A DNA stretch of 64,000 nucleotides from the human T2T-CHM13v2.0 reference genome, Homo sapiens: assembly GCF_009914755.1 (NCBI RefSeq), contig NC_060947.1. One strand, given 5' to 3'. How positions within the stretch are numbered: position 1 is the stretch's first letter; every line of letters begins with the position of its first letter. The notes under the pieces are model-generated. The model made no database searches. It saw nothing but the letters and a program-made list of their open reading frames with translations, and was not told the origin of the DNA. A program made the translations under genes and the position numbers. Positions 15,011 through 35,698 of this stretch are shown in pieces.

Positions 15011-15432
15011 CAGCAGCCTGTGGAGTGAGCTCTGTACAAGATTGGGCAGGGGGAGTGTTTGTTAAGGAGTGAGATGGCAAAGCAAATGAGACTGGGTCCC
15101 AGCTTTTAGATGGAGCAATTAGTACACGTGCCTGAATCAGAGTACTTTTACAAAACGTCTTTTCACAAGTGAAAGTGTGCAGGATTAATTTCATCTACAA
15201 GTGCAGAGGGATCAGACATATTTAAGTCATAGAATGCTACTTGCAGCATGTCTTTTGAGCTACAGGTTGAAGGATATGAAGGGAGGATGGACACGTGTCC
15301 TCACTCTATTGTTAACCCTTTATCTTCACTGGCTCTTTTCTGTTCCCACCGGCAACCACCTTCAGCTTTGGCTTTCTCACCACCCTCTGCTACGCTTAGA
15401 ATCGTAGAAGATCAGGTAGAAGGGACCCTAGA

Positions 15433-15598
15433 ACAGCGGCGCTTAAATCTTAACGTGCATAAAAATCACCTGGGGATATTGTTAATTTGCAGATTTTGAT
15501 TTGATAGGTCTAGTTTGGGGCCTGAGGTTTTAAATTGCTAACAAATTTCCAGGTGATGCTAATGTTGCTTGTCCATTGACCACATTGAATAGCGAGGA
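15433..15598. mobile_element. MER5A-like hAT DNA transposon relic
   Basis: 'aaatcacctggggatattgttaatttgcagattt..ggggcctgag..tttccaggtgatgctaatgttgct'. Confidence 0.7.
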
Positions 15599-17961
15599 GG
15601 CTCTAGTTCCACTGCTTCGTTTTATTGGGTGGGAAAACTGGGTCCCAGAGAGGGAAAGGGACTTGCCCAGTGTCACCCAGCCAACTAAGAGCAGAGCCAG
15701 AACTAGACCTTAGGCATCCTTCCCAGCCCAGTGCTGTTTTATTGACACAATGCTGTGTTCTCTCCCCAGAGCCTTGCTGTCTGTAACCTGCCTTTATATA
15801 AAAAATGAAGTTGCTACTACTTCCTGTAGACTGTTTTGATCAGCTTAGCCCTGCTGCCCCTTTGTTTGTTTCAGCACCAGCCCTGGGAGGTCCAGTGGAG
15901 TCTGCAACACTTACCAGTGTGTATGTAGGGGACATGGAAAGTCTGAAAAGGGGAAAGGATTCTAATTTTCTTGCCCAAGGCTCAGGGTTCTGTAGGTGGC
16001 AGAAGTTGAGAGTGTTCCGCAGAGAGTGTCCTTTTATGAAAGGATCTTTTTGATAGTGTCAATCCCCTCTCCTCCCCTTCTCCCTGGGAAAATTAGTTTA
16101 CCTAAGTCAGTGCATCTGTCCCTCAATGCAAATGATTAGTGTTCACGATAATAAATGGGGTATATGACCATCATTTAAATAACCTTATTTTCTCTGAGAT
16201 TTAGTTAACCTGTATGTTATCAGCTGAGAGTTTTCTAGCCTGTGGGCTCCGTATTTCTTTTTCCTTTTAAAAGGTAAATGTTTCAGAGTGTGAGTCTTTG
16301 GTCATCCATAAAAAAAAAAATTATGAGGCGTAAATAATAATAGTGGAGTAAGTGATTTTCATACAGTGCAGTTAACAGTGGGTGCACCCAATTTAGCTTT
16401 ATTGCTGCTTGGCTGAGGTTTGAGGAATGAGATGGAATATAGGTTTGGATTTGATAGAAGAAGAGGGGAGTAAGACAGTATTTATTAAATGCCTGCCATG
16501 CATCAGGTTTTGTACATGTAAATTTGCATCTGAGCCACACAAGTCCTCTGCAAGTAAGTGGTGTTATAGCTGTTTTGAAAATGAGGAAACTGAGGCTCAG
16601 AAATGCTAAGTTGGCTGGCTTAGAAGTCCAGTTATTCAAACTCCAAGACCTGTGCTCATTCTACCTCCTCATACTATGGCCTTTCACTGTTTTGGAATAT
16701 TTTTGAGTGTGATCGAAGAGACTTCATGGTATTTTAGAAACTGCCCGGGAAAAAGCTGGGCAGTCTATGCCCCTTAATAGTTTGTCCTGGGTAGTAAGTT
16801 ACTTAACTCATCTGAGACTGTAAAATAGAATTGTACCTGCCTTGCTTAGCCTTATGGTTTTGTTGTGAGAATCAACTGAGGTAACATGTGAATGCATATA
16901 CTTATACTGGCTTTTCCTGACCTACAAAATGTTTCATCCTTCTCCATCCAAAGCGAAACCCAAATCAGGCTTTCTCCTTTCTTAAACTTTCCCCTCAAGC
17001 TGCAGACTTTTCTGTTTCCTTTTCTTACCAGCCTGGCCCCAGCCTAGCTTTTCAGCCTCATTTTAACCCCTCCCCAACATGTTATTTATGCTCCCTACTC
17101 CAGACAACTAGGACATCCCTGAATTCTGTATGTTCATGCCTCTGCCTGGGCTCGGCTTTCTTTGCCTGGAAACCTCCCAGTCAACTTGGGAACCTGTTTG
17201 TCATTTTAAGTCCTGATCACATGTTACTTCCTTTGTGAAGCCTTCCTCCAGCCCCTGTCCCCAACAAGATTACTGGCTTTCCATTATGTTTCTTTTTTCT
17301 TTTCTTTTTTTTTTTTAGTTTGGCATGACAGACACATATAAATTTTATTATGATTTAATCATTATTTCTATCCTTTTCCTTGAACAAAGTCTATAAAAGA
17401 ATTTTAGTTGTATTTTTCCAGGTAGTTGGATTTTTTAAAAAACATTTTGCCTCTATCAAAATACTTCAGGAATACATTTTTAGCAGTCATATTAAGCATC
17501 ACAGACACATTATCAACCTTTACTTAGATTTAGCCATATATTTTATTGGTTTCTTTGCTCAACTGCTTACTTTTCAACTGTTTTCTCATTTTTCTGTTTC
17601 TCCTCCATCTTCCTTTCTCTTCCCCCTACTCCTTCACCATCTTCGTCCTTAGGTAATTTTAGTTTGCCCTCACATCTGCATAATTGGTAAAGTATAGAAT
17701 TCTAGGTGAAAAATCTTTTTCCCTAGAAACTATGTAAACGGTGTTTCACTGCCTTCTGTCATTTGGTGTGAAGTTACTAATCATTATGTTTCTATAGCAC
17801 TTAGTTTGCGCTGCTATAAAGTGCCATGGACTGGGTGGCATTTAGTTCTCACAGTTCTGGAGGCTGGGAAATCCAAGATCAAGTTCTTATGTCAAATGAT
17901 TTTTTAATAAGTTAGTTTATTTTGCTATAATCTCATCTTTTGAATTTTTTGTTCCTTCCAG

Positions 17962-18036
17962 GTGTCTGGAACTGGATTACAGTTTCTTCTGATTGAACGC
18001 AGCCTTTGAATACTGCCTGGCCTATCGCGAATACAT
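17962..18036 (+). other. CCNB3: Probable non-coding 5'UTR exon of CCNB3
   Basis: Strong acceptor 'tttttgttccttccag|G' at 17961/2, non-repetitive sequence, ~0.5 kb upstream of CE1. The donor is uncertain (CAT|GTGTGT). Confidence 0.5.
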
Positions 18037-18583
18037 GTGTGTGCAGTTATTGTTTTCTCTGTAGGGTCATAATTGCTTTGCCAGGACCCCATGCCTTTTA
18101 AGAACATTGGCTCTACCAGCTTGCCTCCATACTATATGAGCTGTCATGTTCTTCCTTGTTTTCAATGCAAAACTCCTATGTAATTTGTCCCCAGTGTTGC
18201 TAGGCCTAAACTAGGGGCTAGACAACATCCCAGCGTTCACAGAGGATGGTAGGCACTGTGCTTGGCTTTTTACATAAAGTGTCTCATTTAATTTGAACAA
18301 CACCCTGCAGAGGTAGGTATACTTATCTCCATTTTACAGATGAGGTAACTGAAGCCCAGAGATTTTAAGTCAGTCACTTGCCTGAGGTTAATTGTGATAA
18401 AACCAAGATTTGAATCCAGATCTTCCCAACATCAAAATCTGTTTTCTCCTAGGGATGCTATAGATAGACTGGGTTTTCTCAAGAATTTTCAGAGAATTTA
18501 TCGTGTTTCTGGTGAATGGTGTTAAAGAGCCTCTTTCTGATTACAGCCCTGCCTTGGACAAGACGCAGCTGAATCTCTAAGTG

Positions 18584-18679
18584 ATGCTACTGCCACTACC
18601 ACCCCAGAGCTCCAAACCTGTGCCTAAGAAATCTCAGTCCAGCAAAATTGTGCCCAGTCATCATGACCCATCTGAAAAG
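18584..18679 (+). CDS. CCNB3: Cyclin B3 coding exon 1 (MLLPLPPQSSKPVPKKSQSSKIVPSHHDPSEK); exon starts at 18547
   Basis: Acceptor 'tctgattacag|' at 18546, an in-frame TAA two codons upstream of the ATG, and donor AAG|GTTAGA (phase 0). Matches the recalled human CCNB3 N-terminus. Confidence 0.93.
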
Positions 18680-19657
18680 GTTAGAGCAAGCTGTCTTTCC
18701 CAACAATATCTTTGGTAGTCTCTTCCTGTGTTGGCTCAGTACCTATCCTCACCTGTGAGTCTTTTGAAATATGTCTGGTTTAACCTGAGAAAGTGGGGAG
18801 GGGTGGCAGCCCTTGTATTGGAGAATGCCAGCAAATTAGAACTTGGGGAGAAAGTATGGACTCTTCATTCCCATAAATGCAGGGCTCAAATGAAGGCCAC
18901 CCTCCATAACCCTCAAAACTGAACAACACTCAGTCCTCATTAATGATCATGTCTATATTCTTACTTTCTCTGAGAAGCTCCAAGCACCTTGCTGAAAGAC
19001 TGGTACATTCTGGGGAGAGTATGAAGATTATATCAGCACATATATTATTATGCTTTTTATAGCTATTAAATTTGAAGAATGGGTATATTTTGACTCTGCT
19101 GTTTTGACTTTATTGATAGTTTGATGTTCTAACCTTAGGATATTCTGTGTTCATCATCATACATATTTTAATCAGAATTATACTAGCACTGATGAATTGG
19201 CATCAAGAGAGTATTTCCTGGAGCAAAACATCATTAGGTGAATTTAATTTCCTTGATTGGTTTTCTCTGAGCACAGATAAACATTTTCTAATCTTGCTTA
19301 TTTTACTAAAATGATTTTCAGCGAGGTGCCAAATTTTTTCCTATGTAAATTTTTCGAGAAAGATTTGATATATTGATCAGATTTTTGTCAACATCAAATT
19401 TTCGGATTAGTGTTCTGCCATTGTAACTTTTCTTTAGTGGCAATTATTTTTCCAAAACCAACTTTCTTGGAGTACATTTTGCAAATCTAAGTTTTATTGA
19501 GTTCAGTTTCAGCTATAATTTTATTTGGGGTCAATTATTTCTATCAGTAATATTAAATAGGAATTGGATAACAGTTTATTTCTTAGCTAATTTCTGAGAA
19601 AATAATGTTTCATTTTTGGCTAATTTCTAGTGGGATTATTTATCATCAGCTAGATGA

Positions 19658-20023
<366 letters not shown>

Positions 20024-20032
20024 CTCAGTTCG

Positions 20033-20367
<335 letters not shown>

Positions 20368-21049
20368 CCAGCTCTTTTAAGATTGCTCTCTCTGCTGGAT
20401 TGGTTTATTGTGTCATGAATCCAATTCTGGTAACTTACTGTGCCATGTATTAAGTGTTAATGGTACAGCTGGAGAACAGAGCAAATGGTCTGATCCCAGT
20501 GTCCTGCTTCACATTATAACAGCTCTCTGACACAGGTAGGGCGGGTTTGTTTTCAGAATTTCATAAGGGCAGTCTGAGACTTAGGAGATTTTTACCACAT
20601 AAAGTTGTTAGAGGGTAGAAGACTCCTATAGTGTGGTTTGCCCTAACCTCTAACCCTATAGAGATGGTCTTACTCATTTGGGAATGGGGTAAGGCAAGCA
20701 CAGACACAGAATATGTGGGAAAAAAGCCCCTTCTGCTTTAAAATATTCATCCCCCTTCCCTTCCCCGGCCCCTCCTTTATATATACTAACAATCAGAGAT
20801 TAATCTGGATTACTAAACTTTGTTTTTAATATAAAATTTTCCTTGTGAGGTTTACAATCATATCAGACTACATTATTTTAAATACTATTTCTGCCCATTT
20901 ACAGTTCATACGAACTTTTAAAAAACATGTATTGTCTTATTTAATCTTCAAGGACTGTAAGGCAAGTTATCCAGCTTTACTGATAAGAAAATTGAGGATT
21001 AGAGATTAAGTTACTTGTCCAAGGTCAACAGTTAGTAAAGAGCTGATCC

Positions 21050-21207
21050 TGGAGCAGTATCTAGATGTGTGTGCTATTATCCTTACTGGTAATGTCTTTT
21101 AAAACAGGTCCCCAACCCCTGGGCCATGGAGCAGTATCTAGATGTGTGTGCTATTATCCTTACTGGTAATGTCTTTTAAAACGGGTCCCCAACCCCTGGG
21201 CCATGGA
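21050..21207. repeat. 77-bp tandem duplication (2 copies)
   Basis: 'tggagcagtatctagatgtgtgtgc..ccaacccctgggcca' at 21050 and 21127, with one mismatch. Confidence 0.95.
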
Positions 21208-21693
21208 CCAGTACTAGTCTGTGGCCTGTTAGGAACCCAACTGTACAGCAGGAGGTGAGCAGTGAGTGAGAAAAGCTTCATCGGTATTTATAGCCACTCC
21301 CCATCGCTCATATTACTTCCTGAGCTCCACCTCCTGTCAGATCAGCAGTGGCATTAGATTCTCATAGAAGCATGAACCCTATTGTGAACTGCTCATGCGA
21401 GGGATCAAGGTTGCGCGCTCCTTATGAGAATCTAATGCCTTATGATCTGTCACTGTCTCCCATTTCCCCCAGATGGGACTATCTAGTTGCAGGAAAACAA
21501 GCTCAGGGCTCCCACTGATTCTACATTATGGCGAGTTATATAATTATTTCATTATATATTACAATGTAATAATAAATGTGCACAATAAATGTAATGTGCT
21601 TGAATCATCCCAAAACCAGCCCACCCCAGTGTCCGTGGAAAATTTGTCTTCCATGAAACCAGTCCCTGGTGCCAAAAAGGTTAGGGACCGCTG
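21182..21693 (+). mobile_element. MER1A hAT-Charlie non-autonomous DNA transposon
   Basis: Termini 'cgggtccccaacccc' and 'ggttagggaccgctg', an internal palindrome, and an 8-bp TSD TTTTAAAA at 21174-21181 and 21694-21701. Confidence 0.9.
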
Positions 21694-21697
21694 TTTT

Positions 21698-21823
21698 AAA
21701 AGCTGCTTAACATAAGAGACCCTTAGATATTTGTTAAATTATTAAACTGATCTACCTGAAAAAGCTGCTTAACATAAGAGACACTTAGATACTTGTTAAA
21801 TTATTAAACTGATCTACCTGAAA
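21698..21823. repeat. 62-bp tandem duplication (2 copies)
   Basis: 'aaaagctgcttaacataagagac..gatctacctgaaa' repeated, with two substitutions. Confidence 0.95.
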
Positions 21824-22199
21824 CATCTATATTAAAGGAATGACTAGGAATGGTAGGGGTGGTAGTGGTCTACCTTGGATAGGATAACCGTAAGTATGAG
21901 AGAAGTAAGAGGAGAAATGAGCTTTACTGAGCTACACTTTGCTCATTTTGTGAGTTACACTGAAGGTCATCTTGCCTCCTTGTAGACGTACCCCATTAAC
22001 AATGTCTACCACCTTTAGGGACTTAATAAACAGCTCTGAGTGCCATAATTTCCTTTTGTTATAGTTTATTGGGGTTTATTATATGCATCCTCAGTTACTC
22101 TGAGGTTCTGGAGTTCCCCTGAGCCCTAAAGAGGACCCAAAGTCCCTGAAGAGACTGTTCACAATTGGATATACTCATTTACCTCTTTTACTTTTTTAG

Positions 22200-22307
22200 A
22201 CGGGGGAGAATTGCCAAACGAAGATATCTCCATCTTCACTTCAGGAGTCTCCATCTTCACTTCAGGGAGCACTCAAAAAGAGATCAGCTTTTGAAGATCT
22301 CACTAAT
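22200..22307 (+). CDS. CCNB3: Cyclin B3 coding exon 2, containing the destruction box RSAFEDLTN (22281-22307)
   Basis: 'cttttttag|' acceptor and AAT|GTGAGT donor; 108 nt, phase 0/0. Encodes TGENCQTKISPSSLQESPSSLQGALKKRSAFEDLTN, with the cyclin B3-type D-box RxxFxxxxN. Confidence 0.95.
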
Positions 22308-22644
22308 GTGAGTATGCTAGTCCAATCCTTTGCTATGGTTTTGCATAAGGCTTAGACATGCTGTTTCTTGAGGGACCTTTCCACTTTACCAGACCCTCTC
22401 TGGAATCTTGACAGCAAATTTTATTTGGGACCAATGACCCAGTTTCAGAAACTGCAGGGGCTCTGTTCCTGGCACATACCATCTGAAACAATTGGTGGAG
22501 TTCTCTGGAAGCAGCAGACAGTGATTATCAGATATGAAATTGCAGATAACTATGAGAACTATGGAATTTTGCATTTAGATAAAGTCCAGAGGTGACTGCC
22601 CAGGCCTTCGAGGTAAGTATTTTAGTGGAATCATTGTAGTCCAG

Positions 22645-22815
22645 TGCAGTGTTTATCAATTCACACATTATGGACATTTTGAGCAGGACAATTTTTCTGT
22701 TGTGTAGGACTGATCTCAACTAGCACCCCTCGTCCTCAGGCATTAAATTCCACCAGCAGCCCAGTCATAGTGATAATCAAAAATGCCTCCAGATACACAG
22801 AACTGTTGAGAACCA
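22645..22815. mobile_element. MER20-like DNA transposon relic
   Basis: 'cagtgtttatcaa..ggacattttgagcaggacaattt..gttgagaacca'. Confidence 0.5.
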
Positions 22816-23611
22816 TAGTTCCAAGATCGAGTCTTTATGAAGATCTAGAAATTCAATTTTGGCTAGAATTCTCTCAAGTAACCTCCCTTCTGGTATTATT
22901 AAGGTACCAGTAAAAATCAGAATTAATAGAATGTTGTTAATTGAATATAGAATCAGGCCAAAGGCAATCTTTGTCTTAGAAAATAATAATAACTGGTACA
23001 CTTACTGGGTGCTTACCATGTGTCAGGCACTATGCTAAGCATGTTATCCTGCATCAGCTCACTTAATCCTCATGTAATCCTATGAGGTAGATACTATAAT
23101 ATCTTCTTTATAGATGAGGACTTCACCAATGTTGGTTTTGAAGTCTGTATTATCTAGGCTATAGATAATCCTGGTGAACTATTCTTGCCCTGCATTATGT
23201 AGTATACTTATGTAGCTACCAGAATACTTGTATCTACTAAATAGTGTTTTACTCCCTTGGGCATAATTGGATAAGCATTGGTAAGGTTCTTTCCTTTAGA
23301 TCGCTGCTCTTTAGATTCTGTATGGCCACCTTTCTGCAAATACAATCTCTTCCCTATACAGATTACAACATGGTTTTTTAAGTTACAGCTTTCTGCATAA
23401 TTTCAGATTTACTATCAATTGGTAGAAAGAGCCCCTTCCCACACACACACTTGTAAGGTTAGATTAATTTCCTGACTTATTTAACCATGGATACAGAATT
23501 TGGCTGAAATAAGGTAGCCACAAATCAGGAGCAGATGCAGCCTATCTTAGTGTAACTTGCCTTGGCCCCTCCAAGTCCCTGATGGGAGTACAGTGACACT
23601 GTGCAAGGAAA

Positions 23612-23973
23612 GTGTCTAAGTCCATGTGGGCAATTATCACAAAACACCTTAGACTGGGCAACTTAAAAACAACAGAAAGTTATTGCTCACAGTTCTGGAG
23701 GCTGAAAAGTCCAAGATCAAGGTGCTGGCAGATTTGGTATCTGGTGAGGGCCCGTTCCTCATGGATGACATCTTTTGCCTGTGCCCTCATGTGGTGGAAG
23801 AGGCAAACAAGCTTCCTCGGGCCTCTTTTATAAGGGCACTAATCCCATTCACAAGGGCTGTGCTCTCATGACTTAATCACTTCTCAAAAGGCCTATCTCT
23901 TAATAGCATCACATTGGAGATTAGGTTTCAACATAATGAATTTCAAAGGGACACAAATATTCAGATCACAGCA
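23612..23973. mobile_element. MLT1A/B-type MaLR solo LTR
   Basis: 'ttattgctcacagttctggaggctgaaaagtccaagatcaaggtgctggcagatttgg..attcagatcacagca'. Confidence 0.8.
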
Positions 23974-24699
23974 GTAAAGTATCACAGCGCATGAGAAACT
24001 TTCTTGTGACATCTCAGTCCCTTTTTTCATGAGTTTATCTTACCATTCAGAAAGAACAGATATACATGAAGTGTATCAATAATGGGAAATCCATGCAGGT
24101 ATCTAGGACCCTCCTGATTCTCCAGCTGAATTGAGCATCTGTTTGGCCATATCCCCATGGGGTTAGGGGGCAGGGGAGCAAGGGATCTCTGAGCAGAGTC
24201 TCTGCTTCTAGCTCTCTGGCTGCTCAGAAAGCCCATTTACCGTTTGCGCTCAAGTTCTGAAGATTTACCTTGGTTACCTTGAATGGTCTTTGGTGCCTTC
24301 CAGAGACAGTTCCATCATTACAATGTACCTAAGCCATTCCTAGGGTTGGGCATTACTGCAGATATCTGAGCTCATCTATTTGACAGTTGAGGGCTCCTTT
24401 CTCTCTGGGTTTTGGAGGTTCCCTATATGATAATTTGCTTCTTACAGTCAGTATTATTAGGTCTCCATGTCTTCATCCCTGTGTTCTTCTCAACATTTGC
24501 CACAGTGAGATCCTGGCCTGCCAAAAAGAGTTAATCTGTTTTAATTAGTTAATCTGCTGTGAGTTTTTCTTTTCCTCTGCCTTATCATTTCTAGCATGGG
24601 AAGGACTTATGATATTTAAGAACTGGTGCTAAGCCAGTAGACAAGGAGATAGGGCCTATATCCATGTTTGCCTAAATGGTTTTGCGTAAGTAGGACTTT

Positions 24700-24983
24700 C
24701 ATTTATTTTTATTTATATATGTTATTTTATTTATTTTTTTTGAGATAAAGTCTTGCTCTTCTGCCCAAGCTGGCATGATCACAGCTCACTGCAGCCTCAG
24801 CCTCCTGAATAGCTGGGACTACAGGTGATTGCCACCATGCCCAGCTAATTTATGTATTCTTTTTGTAGAGATGGGATTTTGCCATGTTGCCCAGGCTGGT
24901 CTTGAACTCCTAGGCTCAAGCAATCCTCCTGCCTCGACCTCCCAAAGTGCTGCAATTATAGGTGTGAGCCACCACACCAAACC
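24700..24983 (-). mobile_element. AluJ-like element (internally deleted)
   Basis: Reverse Alu with the diagnostic 'ggctcaagcaatcctcctgcc'. Confidence 0.85.
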
Positions 24984-25329
24984 TTCACTTCTATTTTCCT
25001 ATTTTATGGTGAAAGAATTATGGGGAAGTACAAGTAAAGGTCCCCTGGAGCTTAAACTTGAAAATATCAGTGCTTTGTACCTGTATGTATGGCAAGTAGA
25101 GAGTTTCATCTTGGGAGTTATGATCTCCACGTCTTTCTTGCCATGAATGCACCTCTTTTCCCATTCTGAATCTTGATTGTACATATAAGGAGTTTGCAAA
25201 ACTTTAGGTGAAGTTAAAATGGTGACTGTGCCAAGCTCTTTGAAAAGCAGAGGTAGATGACTTGAGGTCCTAAGAAAGAGTTTCCTATTGGACTGTAGTT
25301 GTTTATTATGATCTGATGATACAAAGACA

Positions 25330-27330
<2,001 letters not shown>

Positions 27331-27354
27331 GTTCATTTGTGTCATTTAATTTTT

Positions 27355-27661
27355 TAATTTTTAAAACTTTTTTGAGACAGGGTCTTGCTCTGTTGCCCAG
27401 TCTGGAGTACAGTAGCGTGGTTGAAGCTCACTGTAGTCTCAACCTCCCGGACTCAAGCAATCCTCTTACCTCATTCCCCCCAAGTAGCTGGGACCATAGG
27501 CATGTGCCACCACACCGAGCTATTTTTTTTATTATTTTTTTGTAGTGACAGGGTCTCCCTATGTTGCCCAGGCTGGTCTTGAACTCCTGGGCTCAAGTGA
27601 TCCTCCCACCATGGCCTCTCAAAGTGCTGGGACTGCAGGCAAGAGCCACTGTGACTAGCCT
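27355..27661 (-). mobile_element. AluJ-like element
   Basis: 'ttgagacagggtcttgctctgttgccc..gggctcaagtgatcctcc'. Confidence 0.88.
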
Positions 27662-27884
27662 GTTTGTTTCATTTTAAAGATATAACTTTAAGTGTATTTT
27701 TACTGACATTATTAACAGTCCCATGATCTTTCCTACTGTTTAATAGTGTTAGTCAGGATTAGAGTCTGTGTGGAACTCCCCAAAGCCCTGAGTTAAATAA
27801 ATGCCACTTAGTGAGATGGGATAGATATATCACAGGTAGTATGTAGTGTTAGAGGTATATCCTGAAGAGGCACACCCAGACAGC

Positions 27885-28163
27885 AAAGTCAATCATACTG
27901 CCTTTTTTCCCCTCTGAAAATCTTATGAGGTCAAAGTGGAGTATGATGTTAACACGGCATATTTTCAGTTATGGGCCAGCTAGTAGGCCTGGCATAGAGC
28001 ACAGAACTACATCCTGTATCTCTTGGAAACACATAGGGCTGCTAGTTAGCCAACACATACCAGTACTACTGCACTGGTTGTTTGATGCTAGCTTCCACTG
28101 TGATTGGTTGGCCCACTGCCATACTGGTTGTGAGATGTTTGGATTATCACTCCTGGGAACACC
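27885..28163. repeat. Direct repeat, copy 1 (~280 bp, family not recognised)
   Basis: Co-linear with 29045-29320; the ORF track shows matching peptide shadows at 27925 and 29100. Confidence 0.95.
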
Positions 28164-28282
28164 CAACCAACTTATGTGGGTCAGGACTTTCCTATGAGAG
28201 CCACCTTTTAGGTAATTTGTGGTTTTCTTCATTTTCTTGCCTCCTTCTTCCCCTGCCCCCCAACCCACCTTTTTTTTTGCAG

Positions 28283-28413
28283 GCTTCTCAATGTCAACCT
28301 GTCCAGCCCAAGAAAGAAGCCAATAAAGAGTTTGTAAAAGTTGTTTCCAAGAAGATAAACAGGAACACACATGCTCTTGGACTGGCCAAAAAGAATAAGC
28401 GGAATCTAAAATG
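28283..28413 (+). CDS. CCNB3: Cyclin B3 coding exon 3 (ASQCQPVQPKKEANKEFVKVVSKKINRNTHALGLAKKNKRNLK + TG)
   Basis: 'tttttttttgcag|' acceptor and ATG|GTGAGT donor; 131 nt, phase 0/2; basic, NLS-like. Confidence 0.95.
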
Positions 28414-29044
28414 GTGAGTGAAAGGGGACTCAGATGGCATTATTTTAGATGGTAGAGTATGTGACATCCTTTTGTCCCCATTGAGAACATATTTAGCAAG
28501 CCACAATGGTGACTACCACATTAACCCTGGGTGCTGAGGTGGGCTCAGCTGTGGTTGCTGAAGAGTTAAAAAAAGCCTCTTCTGTCTCTCCTCTTTCATT
28601 ACGTGTGTGCATATTGAAAGAGCTCTTGTCATTGGAAAATTTGCCAAAAGACCTTGTGCTCATCTTTTCCTGTCTTTTAGTAATTCAGTACCTGTTTGAG
28701 CTAGTCTGTGCTTTATAGTGTGGAGACAACTTAACTTTCCAGGGATTCTCAGCAGCTGACTGGTAGCTTGCCAGTCAGCTTATTCCATTAGAAGCTTTAC
28801 GGGAGGTTTGTCCCATGTTACTGGAGATAAATTACTATCTCCCTAGAGCAAAAACATGTGGTTTTCAGCTGTTACAGGTACCGTTCACAGGTTCTACAAG
28901 TACAGATGCACATTCCCATTTAGGATTGGAAAAATAATTTACCTCTAGGAAGACTTTATCCCCTCCTCATTCCGGTGGGAATTATTCTTCAGGGACTAAC
29001 TAATCTACATCTGAATAGATTAGATAGCTGGCTATTACAGGGCT

Positions 29045-29320
29045 AAAGTCAATCATGTTGCCTTATTCCCCTCTGAAAATCTTATGAGGTCAAGGTGGAG
29101 TGATGTTAACACAGCATCTTTTCAGTTATTTGCTAGCCAGAAGGCCTGGTATAGAGCACAGAACTACATCCTGTATCTCTTGGAAACATGTAGGGCTGCT
29201 ATTTAGCCAACACATACCAGTACTATTGTACTGGTTGTTTGATGCTAGCTTCCACTGTGATTGGTTGGTGCGGTGCCATACTGGTTGTGAGATGTTTGGA
29301 TTATCACTCCTGGGAACACC
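29045..29320. repeat. Direct repeat, copy 2
   Basis: 'aaagtcaatcat..gaaaatcttatgaggtcaa..tcactcctgggaacacc', offset 1160 bp from copy 1. Confidence 0.95.
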
Positions 29321-29526
29321 AAAGGGTAAGCTAAAAAGACTGGGTAACTCTAGAAAATAACACGCACAGTCCACAGGATATTGTGCTAATTACCCAGCAG
29401 AAAGAAGATTAGCATTTAGCCTTACTTGGTTTCCTGCTGAAATGGAATTCTGGAGTTTGCATGCATATTTTGACCTCAATTCTCTGCGTTATTTTCTTTT
29501 GAATTTCTTTCATCATTCTGACTTTA

Positions 29527-35698
<6,172 letters not shown>

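Noticed and set aside
14709-15194. 161-aa and 104-aa ORFs in the CpG-rich region
   Set aside because: Such ORFs are expected by chance in GC-rich DNA, and I recognise no homology.
21350-21440. Palindrome GGCATTAGATTCTCATA..TATGAGAATCTAATGCC
   Set aside because: It is an intrinsic feature of the MER1 consensus and not specific to this locus.
28322-28327. AATAAA inside coding exon 3
   Set aside because: It is explained by Asn-Lys codons, and there is no evidence of cleavage.
27925-29374. Paralogous short ORFs in the direct repeats
   Set aside because: They only reflect the DNA duplication. They appear on both strands, have different starts and ends, and show no recognisable domain.
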